Assembly: GCA_964016885.1 (NCBI GenBank)
Contig: OZ024740.1
Location: 363,878,001 to 363,942,000, forward strand
Length of the DNA: 64,000 bases
Source: Eledone cirrhosa
Lineage: Eukaryota
Direction: 5' to 3'
Within the stretch, counting starts at the first letter, position 1. Every line of letters begins with the position of its first letter. Below the pieces are notes generated by a model. It had not been told where the DNA came from. It worked only from the letters and a program-made list of their open reading frames with translations, and ran no database searches. Shown here piece by piece: positions 39,163 through 52,166 of this stretch. Both the position numbers and the translations under genes were made by a program.

Positions 39163-40189
39163 GTAAGATTATTTACTGTTATTTGCTGTTTGATCTGATG
39201 TGTTAATCCTTTCAAGATCATATTTCTAATGAAATGCACTGTCTTTCAATTGATTAATGAGGAATTTTGAGAGATTTACTCATCATCATCATCGTTTAAC
39301 ATCCCATTTTCCATGCTAACATGGGTATACAGGCTATTTCTTTGTGAGAGATCAGGTCGGAGGACTGCGTTTTTGCTCACAGAACTGAATGTGGCTTGGT
39401 TTCTACAGCTGGATGCCCTTCCTAATGCCAACCAAATTTACAGAGTGTGCTGGGTGCTTTTTGTCATGACACCTACATGACTATTTTACAGTGTTGGCTG
39501 GGCACTTTTTGTTATGTCACCAACACAACCAGTTTACAGTGTGGACTGGGCGCTTTTTGTCTTGACACCTACACAACCACTTTGCTGGGCATTTATTAAT
39601 CATTTCATTACTAAGATAGTAACTTAACATAATGTTCTTATATAAACTTATGTTAAAAGATAGGATCCCTTTTAAGTGGGTGGTTTTGCTTCATAGAACC
39701 AGTGTTGGTTTTGGGTCGGTTGGTATCAAAAGGGTTAAGGCAATGAAGTGGCAGTCATTTGAATGTCAAATTAAAATGCTTTGTTGTATTTGTTCCAATT
39801 TTCTATACTCTGAGTGAGTTCAAATCCTGCCAAAGTCAATAGTATTGCAAAAAATGTACCCAGTCCACTGTGTAAAGTAGTAGTACTGGGGCTATGTTAA
39901 AATACACTCAGTACATTGTGTAAAGTGGTAGTGCTGGTGCCACAATGAAATGCACCAAATACACTTTGGAAGTGGTTAGCATTACGAAGGGCATCTAGCA
40001 ATAAAACCATGCCAAAATATTGAATATATGAGCAAGATGTAGTTCTCTAATCTGTTTAATTTAAGACTGACAACCTGTCCAACATTGAAATCAGATGTAA
40101 AATGGGGATGATGATGATGATATTACAAACAATATATTTAGTAAATAGTATTTATTACAAAATATATAACAGATTTTTCTTTTCTCCAG

Positions 40190-40388
40190 ACATTAGCTGG
40201 TCAACAGGAAAGTATATTATTATGGACACAACAGAGATCACACAGCCGTAACTGGCTAAAAGCAGAGTTCTTACTACCTCCTCAGAAAGCAGCTTTCACT
40301 GTTTCCTTTGTGGGGATTATTGGACGACCTAAATATGGTGATATAGCCATTGATGACATCAGCGTATTCACAAATAAACAAATGGAAG
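40190..40388 (+). CDS. Multi-MAM protein exon 14 (last visible; no further exon found in the remaining ~23.6 kb)
   Basis: LLWTQQRSHSRNWLKAE...VSFVG...YGDIAIDDISVF; tctccag/gtagga; phase 0 to 1; no stop codon. Confidence 0.92.
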
Positions 40389-42004
40389 GTAGGATAAATT
40401 TCACTCTTAGATACATTTTGCTTTTTGAAGGCAGTCACAATGCAGATGACTTATAAACATAGTTGAATAGGTTGGGTAATTGGTAATGTACAATCTACAG
40501 ACAGACAACATGTTGACAGAAATGCCAGTGTAATGGTTAACAGCAGTCATTCGGCTATGACAGATGCATGGTTCATTTCCCACAGCACCTCTATCCACCT
40601 GTTTTTTTTCTATCTCCATGGATACTGTACAACATGACCTATTTGACTATTATTGATAGTTCACCTGCATTACGGCTGCCTTCAAAAAGCAGAATGTATT
40701 TTTAAAATTCTTAAATGTTTTATAATCTTTTTAATGATTTTATATTTATTTCTTAATGCTGACATGCATTGATTAGATCTGAAATTTCAGAGATATTTAT
40801 TTAAGAGGATCTTTCAGTTATGTCAAGAGCACGATGCAATAAAATGCCCACAGTACACTCTGTAAAATGGTTTGCATTAGGAAAGGTATCCAGCCATAGA
40901 AAATCTGCCAGAATACTCTTCAGATGTGTGAAGAACATGACAAACTTCTTAATGCTGCTGCCATGATAAAATGCATCCAGTACACACTGTAAAATGTAGG
41001 AGCATATGTAAGCACAATGTGCCTTCCACCCCCATCCCACCCCATATGTGACCACAGTGGTTCTAACTGAGTGCTGATTGATCTGTGATAAACCAGCCAA
41101 TCTACACTAGCATGAAAAAGTGATGAAACACAATGTTTACCATCTTAAACTATATTGTAATGCTGCTCATTAAATATAGGTAAATTCTCTTCATGTGGAG
41201 GTGATGGCATAATTTTGATTCTTGGTAGTTATGTCACTTCAATTGTACCCATGGTTAGTATGCTTGTTGCACATTTGTAAATCATGAGTTCAATTCCTAA
41301 TGATGCATTGATTTTTTTAAATTTTTCCAGTTGTCTCAGCTGGCAAGATTGAGTCGTACCTGTAATTCAAAGAACCAGTTTTGTTATGCTGAATCTCTCT
41401 GAGAACTGTGTTAAGGGTATTCAGATCGGTGGAATACGCAGCCACTTGCATCTTCATTTCACAAGCAGGCTGTTCCATTGATCAAACAACTGTAAATTTC
41501 ATTTTTTTTTTTTCTCAAACCTTCAAGAGAAATATATAATTGTTTCTACTTTTGGCACAAGCCCAGCAAATATCCAGTGCATTACTGGTACTTTATTTAA
41601 TCGACTCCGTAAGGATGAAAGGCAAAGTTAACCTCGGCGGGATTTGAACTCAGAATGGCAAGGGCCATAACTCTATGCATCAAAGCATGGCAATGATGAA
41701 TGTGATGATCTATAAATAACATTTTCTCATAGCAATTTCAAAGAGGATTTCAAAATACTGAACCTCATAGAGGAGATGAAGTAATACAAGTGAAGGAAGG
41801 AAGGAAGGAAGGCTGTGCTGGAAAAGACCTATCCAACCCATGTAATCTTAGAAAAACAGTCGTGGTAGGGATGATGATGATCATCAGCTTGTGGTGATGG
41901 TGGTGGGTGATGTAATTTATCATAAAAAAATGAAATGATTATAAATTTTATGTAGCGATTTTTTTTTAATGACCATTTTTTCAAATCAATTTATTACACA
42001 TATA

Positions 42005-42480
42005 TCATCATCATCATCATCATCACCGTTTTACGTCCGTTCTTCCACGCTAGCATGGGTTAGACGGGTTGTCCTGTTGTGGGCAGTGCCTGGTCGGCTG
42101 ACCATGCCTTGCTCATACAGGAACTGATCTGGCTTGATTTCTACAGCTGCCCTTCCTAACACCAACCTCATTTACAGTGAGTGCTGGGTGCTTTTTCGTG
42201 GCGCCTACACGTCCACTTTGCAGTGTGGGCTGGGTGCTTTTTTTCCGTGGCACCTCCACGACCACCTTGCGGTGGGGGGTGTGGGGGCATATTGTCTATA
42301 TGCTTCAGCTTGTACCCATGGAGGTCGGGTACTCTGTATTACTGCGTGACACCAGAAGTTACGGTCGTGTGTCATTGCCTTTGAGAGGTGTAATTGGGTA
42401 AGGTCGGCTTTTATCACCTCATCCCAGGTCATCTTCGGTCTCCCCACTCCGCGGTTTGGTCATCTTGGGTCTCCCCACTC
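42005..42480 (-). mobile_element. RTE 3' end
   Basis: GRPKMTWDEVIKADLTQLHLSK, followed by the 3' UTR and (GAT)n. Confidence 0.8.
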
Positions 42481-42631
42481 CGCATATATATGATTTGCAT
42501 ATTAGCAGACTGCCTGATCAGTCAGATCTGCATATTAGAAGACCCACTGATCAGCCAGATTTGCATATCAGCAGATAGGCCAGTCAGTTTCATGTATACG
42601 AGCGATTAATAGCCGGCTTTGCCATAGTCAA

Positions 42632-42907
42632 ATAACTAACAAATAGTTTATCGCTCTACATGGCTGAATACAATAAATGTAATCTGAGTTTTTCGAATAT
42701 TAATAATAATATTCGATTCGTTTGCAATTATGCAAACAGCCTCTTTAAAGCAAGAGCAGGAATGAGGGGTCATTCTACTGACATGGCTTTAGAGAGGCTG
42801 TTTTCATAATTGCAAATGAATCGAATATTATTATTAATATTCGAAAAACTCAGATTATATTTATTGTATTCTGCCATGTAGAGCGACAAACTATTTGTTT
42901 GTTATTA
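42632..42907. repeat. Fold-back element with ~115-bp inverted arms, unclassified
   Basis: 42632-42745 is inverted at ~42790-42907. A non-folded relative lies at 59977-60120. Confidence 0.75.
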
Positions 42908-42934
42908 TATATATATAGAGAGAGAGATAGATAG

Positions 42935-44575
42935 ATGAAATGCAGTTTGGGTTTGTGCCAGGTAAAAGTACCACATATGCTCTTTTCCTTGTATGGCAAT
43001 TAAAGGAGAAGTACCTAGCTAAAAGTAAACCCCTCTACTTAGTTTTTGTTGACTAGGAGAAAGCGTTTGACAGAGTCCCCCATTCCTTAATCTGGTGGGC
43101 TCTTAGAAAACTAGGTGTAGATGAGTGGCTTGTGAGAGCTATATGAGCCATGTATAAAGAAACAGTCAACAAGGTTAGAATTAACAATGAATATAGTGAA
43201 GAATTTAGCGTAAAAGTAGATGTTCACCAAGGTTCTGTCCTTAGCCCCTTCCTGTTTATTATTATCCTATAGGCTATAACAGAAGAGCTTAAGACTGGCT
43301 GCCATGGGAACTTCTATATGCAGATGATCTAACTCTCATAGCTGAATCTATGGCTGAACTTGAGAAGAAATTCCAAACATGGAAGCATGGCCAAGAATCA
43401 AAAGGCCTTAAAGATAACTTGTCTAAAACTAAAGTCCTAGTATGTAGAAAGGAGAATAGGGCACAGGTGCCCTCGGGGAATGGCCATGCTCAGTGTGTAA
43501 GAAGGGAGTATGTAGAAATTTCATTCTATGCCCCAAATGCACACTATGGGTAAATAAAAGATGTAATGGGATCATAGGTAAGCTATCTAAGAATGTAGAT
43601 TTTATGTGGCCGATGCTCAGGTGCAGTAAGTAGCAAGGGCCCACTGGATACTATCTCCTTCAACTGCCAAGATGGTTCTATAGAAATAGTAGACACTTTC
43701 TGTTACCTGGGTAATATAATAAAATCAGCAGTGGAGGAGGGTGCTCTGAAAGTACAGTAGCCAGAGTTAGAACGGGATGGAAAAAGTTCTGAGAGCTAAT
43801 ACCACTGCTGACCACAAAGGGTTTTTCTCTAAAATTGAAAGGCAGATTGTATGATGCTTGTATACAAATGGCAATATTACATGGTAGTGGGACCTGGGCG
43901 TTGTGTGCAGAAGATCTGCATAGATTAGAAAGAAACAAAACTTGCATGCTCCGATGGATGTGTAATGGTAATGTGCAGGAACGGCAAAGCATAAATGAAT
44001 TGAGAGAGAGACTAAGCATAAGAGGTATCAAATATTGTGTGCAGCAGAGGAGGTTGCATTGGTATGGCCATGTAATGCGTATGAAGGACAGCAGTTGTAT
44101 AAATAACTGCAGAGCTATCAAAATTGATGGAAGCTACGGAGTGGGTAGACCAAGAAATACCTGGGACGAGGTGATAAACACTGACCTTGCTCACTTACAC
44201 CTCTCTAAGAGACTGTCACTGGATTAAGATCTTTGACGCTATGCAGTTGTACAGAAGACCTGTCTTCCCTTGCATACAAAATTAAACCTACAGTCAATAT
44301 GCACCTCTAAACCCAATATACACCCCACCCTACACCCACTACTCCATCCTCCCATTTCCATTCTCTGTAAAGTGGTCATGTAGGAGATATGGTAAAAAGG
44401 CTCCCAGTCCACACTGTAAATGTGGTTGGTGTTAGGAAGGGCATCCAGCCATAGAAAACCTGCTGGAAACAGTTCTGTACGAGCGAGACACGGTCTCCCG
44501 ACCAATCTCGCCTCAAGTGAGACAATGCCATCCAACCCATGCTAGCGTGGAAAATAGACGTTAAACGGTGATGAT
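42935..44575 (+). mobile_element. Degenerate RTE LINE (RT to 3' tail)
   Basis: DEMQFGFVPGKST...KAFDRVP...HQGSVLSP...YADDL with stops and frameshifts. Confidence 0.9.
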
Positions 44576-44656
44576 ATATATATATATGTATGTATATATG
44601 TATATAAATATATATATATATATATTTTTTTGATTTTTTGATTTTGTGTGTGAATG

Positions 44657-44717
<61 letters not shown>

Positions 44718-45566
44718 TCATCAGTCATCATTTCATTTTACGTCCGCTTTTTCCTTGCTTGCAAGAGTGAGACAGGAACTGATTCTGGCTTGATTTCTAC
44801 AGCTGGATGCGCTTCCTAACACCAACCTCATTTACAGTGAGTGCTGGGTGCTTTTTTGCCGTGGCAACTCCCCGACCACTTTGCTGTGGAATGATATGGA
44901 CCCCAGTCCCTATCATCCCATTTCTACAGCTGAGTAAACTGGAACAATATGAATTAAGTGTCTTGCTCAAGGAAACAACACATCACCCGGTCATATATAT
45001 ATATATATATATATATTTGTGTATAATGGTAGGTATGGTGCTTCCATAGGTGGTATGCCAAAATTAGCACCCAATATTCAGCAGAGTAGAGTGTAGATAG
45101 TATTAAGAAAACGTAAAATCAGTGATGCATTTGGACTCAATTTATTGCGTGTTACAATTGTTTCGCCGGCAGGTAGCTTGAGACATGGTCCCTGTATGGA
45201 TCTGGCTGATTCTACGGCTGCAGGTTCCCTCAGGCACAGGTAGTTCGTTCGGAGCAAATTTTATCACTGGGGAGTTATCATCAAAAAAACACCCTAAAAA
45301 AACCTCTTCCACTCTTGTCATGCCATTGGCTGTTGTTACTCCACGTCATCTTAAGTTCTGGTCACAATTTACTGCTACACGAGTCATCAGCCATTTTTCG
45401 TCCGACACACTTCAATATAGTCATGCTGGGTTCGGTATCTCACATGTCTGTTCACACTCCAGAGCATGCACCCACACATACAAATACACACACATATATA
45501 CACACACAGGCAGACACAGACACATGCATGCATACACATATGTACGCATTTTTGCGTAGACACCCC

Positions 45567-45610
<44 letters not shown>

Positions 45611-45823
45611 TCTCCCTCACTTCCACAGACCCAGGCACACCCACTTCTAGATACAGACCGCCACAAGCCTATCAACGCCTGCTTAAGTCGCGCCATATAT
45701 CCGGTCCGACAGTCACGGCCCACGCAAACATACACATATACACACAGATACGCGCGCACACATACCTACGCACAACCTTATATACCTATATATATATACA
45801 CTCATACACACACATATATACAT

Positions 45824-45867
<44 letters not shown>

Positions 45868-45924
45868 GCACACACATACATACAAAATACACATACGTAC
45901 ACAAAATTACATACAAACATAAAT

Positions 45925-45975
<51 letters not shown>

Positions 45976-46674
45976 AAAAAACACTACATGAATACGCACA
46001 CCCACACATATACAGACATATATACATCTACATATACATACGCACACGGACTGCCACATGCAGACACCTGCACATATGCATATTTTCTTACACACACATG
46101 TTTCCACATATACATATATAAACAAAACCGTAAATTAAAAATACATTATATAATAAAAAACACAATATACCATAAAATAACGGTAAAATAACATAACATA
46201 AAATATCAATATAGTATACAATATAATATATATATATACACATGTACACACATTCATACATACATATACGGATATATACAATGGATATATGATAAAATAA
46301 TAAAAATAATAGTAATAAAATGTATATATAATCCATATATAATCATCCGTACACATTCCTGTGAGATGTACATAAACATATACATGTATACACAAATACA
46401 CATACACATATATAGAGGCCCACATATGCATACACCCACACCCACACACATATATATATATATATATATTCACATACGCACCCACATACACACACATACT
46501 CATACATAGCTATACGTACATACACACATATATATATATATTTATATATATATATATATATACACACACTCTGCCACATACGTACATACATGTACATGCA
46601 TGCACACACACGCGCTCATAAGCTCATGCATATACGTACACATGCCCATTTACACACCCCCATACACACCCACG

Positions 46675-46706
<32 letters not shown>

Positions 46707-47288
46707 TACATATATCTTTGCACAGGTCCACACATAAAAAACCCCAAATATACACACAATAAGATAGTAAAATAAAATAAAATAAATTTACAATATTTTA
46801 GAATACATTAAAATCTGTATGTAACTTCACAAATAGATACATAAAAAAGGGGTAAATAAAAAACGGGGGGGGGGGCTACAGGAGAAGGTGCGTGTATCCA
46901 TGTGATATACTACACACAGGTAGTATGAGGTGCAAACTTGGGTCTGTGTATAGAACAAGTAACAATAACAGAACAATAATAGAACAATCATGACAGTAAT
47001 AATCATTGTTCCAAAGTGGAACATGTGGAGAGTATATAGTCACGATTGCGGGGTACACATTCCAGGGGACGCCCGGCCCGGTCGCCATGGGGCATGGCAC
47101 CGTGACTGGGGTGTGCTATTCTATATGTTTTGGGTTATCGGACCGGGCGGCCGTGGGCCCCGTGTTAGCCGCTCCTGGCCCAGGAGATGTATCTGCCCAA
47201 TGTTGTGTGCTCGGTCAGGCGCGCCCCTGGTTTACATATGTTTGCTTCATGGGTTGCACAATATCATCAGGGCATGGCGTCAGGTCCC

Positions 47289-50165
47289 CTAATCCCGTTG
47301 GGACGTTTGGGTCTGTGCGTACCCGTTCCCATGCCCCCGGCCTGCGCAGCCCGGAGGATTCCATGCTGCAAATGTGCATCTTCTCTGGTGTCTGCAGGTC
47401 ATGATAACTTCAGACTTCAGGTTGACCGCGTCATCTTTCAGTCTGACTATCTCCATGGCCTCGTGTAGGCATAATCGGCACTTTCTACTTCCGGCCGAAT
47501 ATGCACTCGCATGGCGAACGATACTCCATTCCAGGGCATACGGAGTGCCTTGGTCTTTCAGGTCCCACACCAGGTCCGCTAACCTAGTGGAGTGCCTTTT
47601 GCTATGGTCCCTGAAGGAATTCGTGTGATTATACATCCGCGATTTAAAGGTCCTGGATGTTGCGCCGATGTAGGTGCGATGCGCGTTTTGGGTTGTAACC
47701 ACACACTTGTATATTAGGTCCTTCATCAGACATTTTCCCTGTAGGGGGGCACTGGGTGCCCGCTCTGCAGTTACAAGTTCTGTTGTCAGTTCTTACGCAT
47801 GCGATGTCCTGGCCTCGATCTGTTATGGCCCTCTCAAGGTTCTCAGGGTGTTGTTTCGCCGACACTGTTGTCTCCCCCATGCCACTATTTCCCTCTCGGC
47901 GTTGGACCACATCACCCTCCGCGGGCGCTCTGGTCGCCTCGGGGGCTGGGTTGTCATTTGAGGGCCGGTCCCTGGGTGGTTATCCGCGCTCCGAAAGACG
48001 GTCATTCTGTCGCCGAGGTTGACGGCCAATGTTCGCCATCTTCACCACGTTAGTTTAGCCATGTAGTCGGCCATGTTAGGTGCTGTGGAGAAGGAAAACT
48101 TCACCGTATGGCGGTTGAAGATGTTGTGGTACTTGTCCGTCGGCGGAAAGTACTCATCCAACGCTCGGAAAAAAAGGCCTGGCACGTTGGTGCGTACATG
48201 TTTGGAGTAAGGCGCATTAAACCAAGTAACGACTTTAGATCTGTTCCTTCGTGTGCATGGATTCTTGTTGGTGTGTCCTGGACCCGATGTCCGTCCTGTA
48301 CTCCGCCCAACCACAATTACATCCCGTGTGTTGTCTCTATCTATTTGCCCGCTATGGATATCGGTGTTATGCCCTACAGTTATAAAGTTACGTCGTTCTA
48401 TGTGGTCAGCTATACATTATTCCTCTTAGGTCTATGTGATGCTGCTGTCGGTGCTGTACCACTACAACCAGACTGGGCGTGCTCCCTGGCGTTTGCCCCG
48501 TCCGTATTTGTCGATGTTCTGTCCCTGGTCCCAGTTGCCGCGGAGCATGCAGTGTGCGTGCTAGGCCCATGCCTCCGCGTACTGGGTGGTCTGGCTCCTA
48601 TGGGTGCCTTTGTCCTACCTCCGGTCGGTCCTGCATCATTAATGTTAGTTGTGCTGCTATTTGTGTTCCTAGATACTGCTACCGGGTCATTTCTTCTACC
48701 TAAGGAGGCGCCCCCGCTATTGGCATTTCTGCACGCCTCATCACTTGGCTCTTCTCTGTCCGGTGTATATAGTATGGTGTCTGTGTAACCGGCCCTGCGC
48801 AGTGCCTCATTATAATATTCGGCGTGCTGTTTAAACACGTCTGCGTTCGACGACCGGGTGGATACGCGTTTGGATACCTCTTTAACTATGGCTTCTATGA
48901 CTGACTTAGGGTGATTCTATTGCCTGTTCACATATTGCAAGTTTTCGTTGGGCTTATGGTACGGTCTGTGGATGCCCGTATTCATTTCCAAGGTAACGTC
49001 CAGGAAATTGACCGTCTTAGTGCTAGGATCTATTGTCACGGATAAGCTGTGTTGTTTAAAAAAATGCGATATGCACTTCCTCATATGCTCCATCTGACTG
49101 GGATTAAGGGAACGGAAGGTGAAAAGTGCGTCGTCTCTGTATATTCCACCTCCGATCCCCGGGATCTCCTCCGTTAGCCTATGGATCAGATATATCCCCA
49201 CAAGGTCGGTCACCTGCGCCGAGTCACTCGACCCCTTGGTGATATCGAAACTGTCGGGTCTGTCCCTCCTCTCCCATAACTTGTCTTCGAATCTAATTAG
49301 CGTCTTTCTGGCTGCTACTATGAGGTTGGTCTCGTCCCTAGTGAGGCTAGATCTGGCCATGGCACTTATGAGGGCCTTATTGGCTAGTATCGGAGATACT
49401 GACGCGTAATAGTTATCTATGTCTAACTGAATAAAATTTACTTGTTGTTTGTCACCTATTAACGAGAATCAGTCAATTACCTCCTTAGTGGAGGTCCATA
49501 GACTAAACTTAGTTTTGTTTCTAAGTACCGGTAGTATCCTATCTATAATATTCTTGCTGGTCCTGTCTAGGTCAGACTTGGAGGGTGCTATTAACCTGAC
49601 CGGTAGTTTTGTTTTAAAGTCTAATTTATGGTCCTTAATAGATATCCGTGGTTTTCTAGGTACATATACCTCGGTCCTATCATCTAGTCCTAGCCCCGTC
49701 AGTATACTTTTTGTCATGGCGTTAATATTATCTAAATTTGTCTGCCCTGTGGTCCTATAGTTTTTCCTAATCTCTTTCCCGAGGCAGTCGTTGTATGTAA
49801 AACGTTGTATGTAAATCCTGGCATTTTTCCATGCGTTTAATGATGGAGCTGAGACTTTTGAGATATTTGGTCTGCCGTGCACTATTCCTATGGAACTTGA
49901 TGTTACGAACTATGTTGATTATACGGTTTTCAAATTACTCCAGCTGTGCATTATGCGGTGGGTGTCTTCTCGATCTAAATATCCGCTTTAGGCGGTCCTG
50001 AGGGGAGTCGGGCGCGTGTTGTGGTGTCCGCCTGTCGTGGTGAAATGCGCGCTACGTCATGCGTCTGATGAACGAGTTGGTGTGGTATATCAGCAGGCCC
50101 ATGTACGTGTTATCAGACGGGATCGGTATGTCTTTCAGGGAAGAAGAGTAATTGAATTTTTCCAT
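47289..50165 (-). pseudogene. PLE polyprotein (RT plus C-terminal GIY-YIG endonuclease), disrupted
   Basis: gccATGG start MEKFNYSSSLKDIPIPS..Y..LI..T..FIRRM; IKDHK..F......RLIAP.KS; FIQLDIDNYYAS; GSSDSAQV; GIYRDD; VNFLDVTL; WFNAPYS; CNCR..CPL.GKC; LIYKC...YIGAT..FKSR..NH; CRLCLHE; CRH. Several stops and frameshifts. Confidence 0.9.
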
Positions 50166-50343
50166 GGCGGATCGCTGTAAGTGCTTTACTTGTGGAGGAA
50201 CGTAGTATATACTTGTGTATAATTGTAGCTATGGTACTTCCATAGGCGGTATGCCAAAATTAGCACTCAATATTCAGCAGAGTAGAGTGTAGATAGTATA
50301 AAGAAAACGAAAAATCAGTGATGCATCTGGACTCAATTTATTG

Positions 50344-50434
50344 CGTGTTACAATTGTTTCGCCAGCAGGTAGCTCGAGACATGGTCCCTGTATGGATCTG
50401 GCTGATTCTACGACTGCAGGTACCTTCAGACACG
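50344..50434 (-). ncRNA. Hammerhead-like motif of the PLE pseudo-LTR (long stem II, variant core); further copies at 45148-45238 (-), 52008-52098 (+), 53426-53516 (-)
   Basis: CGTGT-CTGAAGG-[~62 nt; GCAG..GTAG pairs with CTAC-CTGC]-GAAA-C AATT G-TA-ACACG. Perfect 5-bp stem I, AATT palindromic loop III, GUA triplet; position 9 is G rather than A. Confidence 0.7.
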
Positions 50435-50936
50435 GGTAGTTTGTTCGGAGCAAATTTTATCACTGGGGTGTTATCATGAAAAAACACCCTTTTTTTATGT
50501 ATCTATTTGTGAAGTTACATACAGATTTTAATGTATTCTAAAATATTGTAAATTTATTTATTTTATTTTATTATCTTATTGTGTTTATATTTGGGTGTTT
50601 TTATGTGTGGACCTGTGCGTAGGTATATGATTGTGTGTGTGTGTATGCAGAAATATATATATACGTGAATGTGTATGGGGGAGTGTATATGGGCATGTGT
50701 ACGTATATGCATGAGCTTATGAGCGCGTCTGTTTGCATGCATGTACATGTATGTACGTATGTGGCAGAGTGTGTGTATATATATATATAAATATATATAT
50801 ATATGTGTGTATGTACATATACAGGAATGTGTACGGATGATTATATATGGATTATATATACATTTTATTACTATTATTTTTATTATTTTATCATATATCC
50901 ATTGTATATATCCGTATATGTATGTATGAATGCGTG

Positions 50937-51000
<64 letters not shown>

Positions 51001-51367
51001 TGTATACTATATTGATATTTTATGTTATGTTATTTTACCGTTATTTTATGGTATATTGTGTTTTTTATTATATAATGTATTTTTAATTTACGGTTTTGTT
51101 TATATATGTATATGTGGAAACATGTGTGTGTAAGAAAATATGCATATGTGCAGGTGTCTGCATGTGGCAGTCCGTGTGCGTATGTATATGTAGATGTATA
51201 TATGTCTGCATGTATATATGTATGTATATGTGTGGGTGTGCGTATGCATGTAGTGTTTTTTGTATATATATATATATGTGTGTGTATGTATGTGTGTATG
51301 TAATTTTGTGTACGTATGTGTATTTTGTATGTATGTGTGTGCATGTGTGTAGATATATATATATCTG

Positions 51368-51420
<53 letters not shown>

Positions 51421-51628
51421 TGTATATATGTGTGTGAGTGTATATATATATGTGTATATAAGGTTGTGCGTAGGTATGTGTGCGCGCGTATCTGTGTGTA
51501 TATGTGTATGTTTGCGTGGGCCGTGACTGACGGACCGGATATATGGCGCGACTTAAGCAGGCGTTGATAGGCTTGTGGCGGTCTGTATCTAGAAGTGGGT
51601 GTGCCTGGGTCTGTGGAAGTGAGGGAGA

Positions 51629-51662
<34 letters not shown>

Positions 51663-52166
51663 GCGGGGGGAGGGGGTGTCTACGCAAAAATCAAAAATGC
51701 GTACATATGTGTATGCATGCATGTGTCTGTGTCTGCCTGTGTGTGTATATGTGTGTGTGTATTTGTATGTGTGGGTACATGTTCTGGAGTGTGAACAGAC
51801 GTGTGAGATACCGAACCCAGCATGACTATATTGAAGTGTGTCGGACGAAAAATGGCTGATGACTCGTGTAGCAGTAAATTGTGACCAGAACTTAAGATGA
51901 CGTGGAGTAACAACAGCCAATGGCATGACAAGAGTGGAAGAGGTTTTTTTAGGGTGTTTTTTTGATGATAACGCCCCAGTGATAAAATTTGCTCCGAACA
52001 AACTACCCGTGTATGAAGGAACCTGCAGCCGTAGAATCAGCCAGATCCATACAGGGACCATGTCTCGAGCTACCTGCCGGCGAAACAATTGTAACATGCA
52101 ATAAATTGAGTCCAGAATCATCGCTGATTTTTCGTTTTCTTTATACTATCTACACTCTACTCTGCT

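Larger units (their letters stand above)
45017..52166 (-). mobile_element. Full-length Penelope-like element (Naiad-type): 3' repeat, ORF, partial direct 5' pseudo-LTR, inverted upstream copy
   Basis: 45017-45295 is directly repeated at 50213-50490. 45080-46852 is inverted at 50487-52166. The ORF remnant lies at 47289-50165. Confidence 0.9.

Noticed and set aside
47289-50165. Selenoprotein-type Naiad (in-frame UGA as Sec)
   Set aside because: The Cys motifs I translated use TGT/TGC. The TGA at ~49469 falls at a Trp-like position (VID*F), other stops are TAG/TAA, and frameshifts are present, which fits ordinary decay. The PLE at 23290 has only a TAA stop.
50166-50340. Retained 5' intron in the PLE (cttacag just before the ATG)
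   Set aside because: An acceptor-like motif is present but no convincing donor could be assigned.
51030-52121. 363-aa and other Tyr/Ile/His/Thr or Val/Cys-rich ORFs (also 589-1058, 22511-22882, 45466-46191)
   Set aside because: They are translations of (TA)n/(CA)n low-complexity tracts, which lack stop codons by composition.
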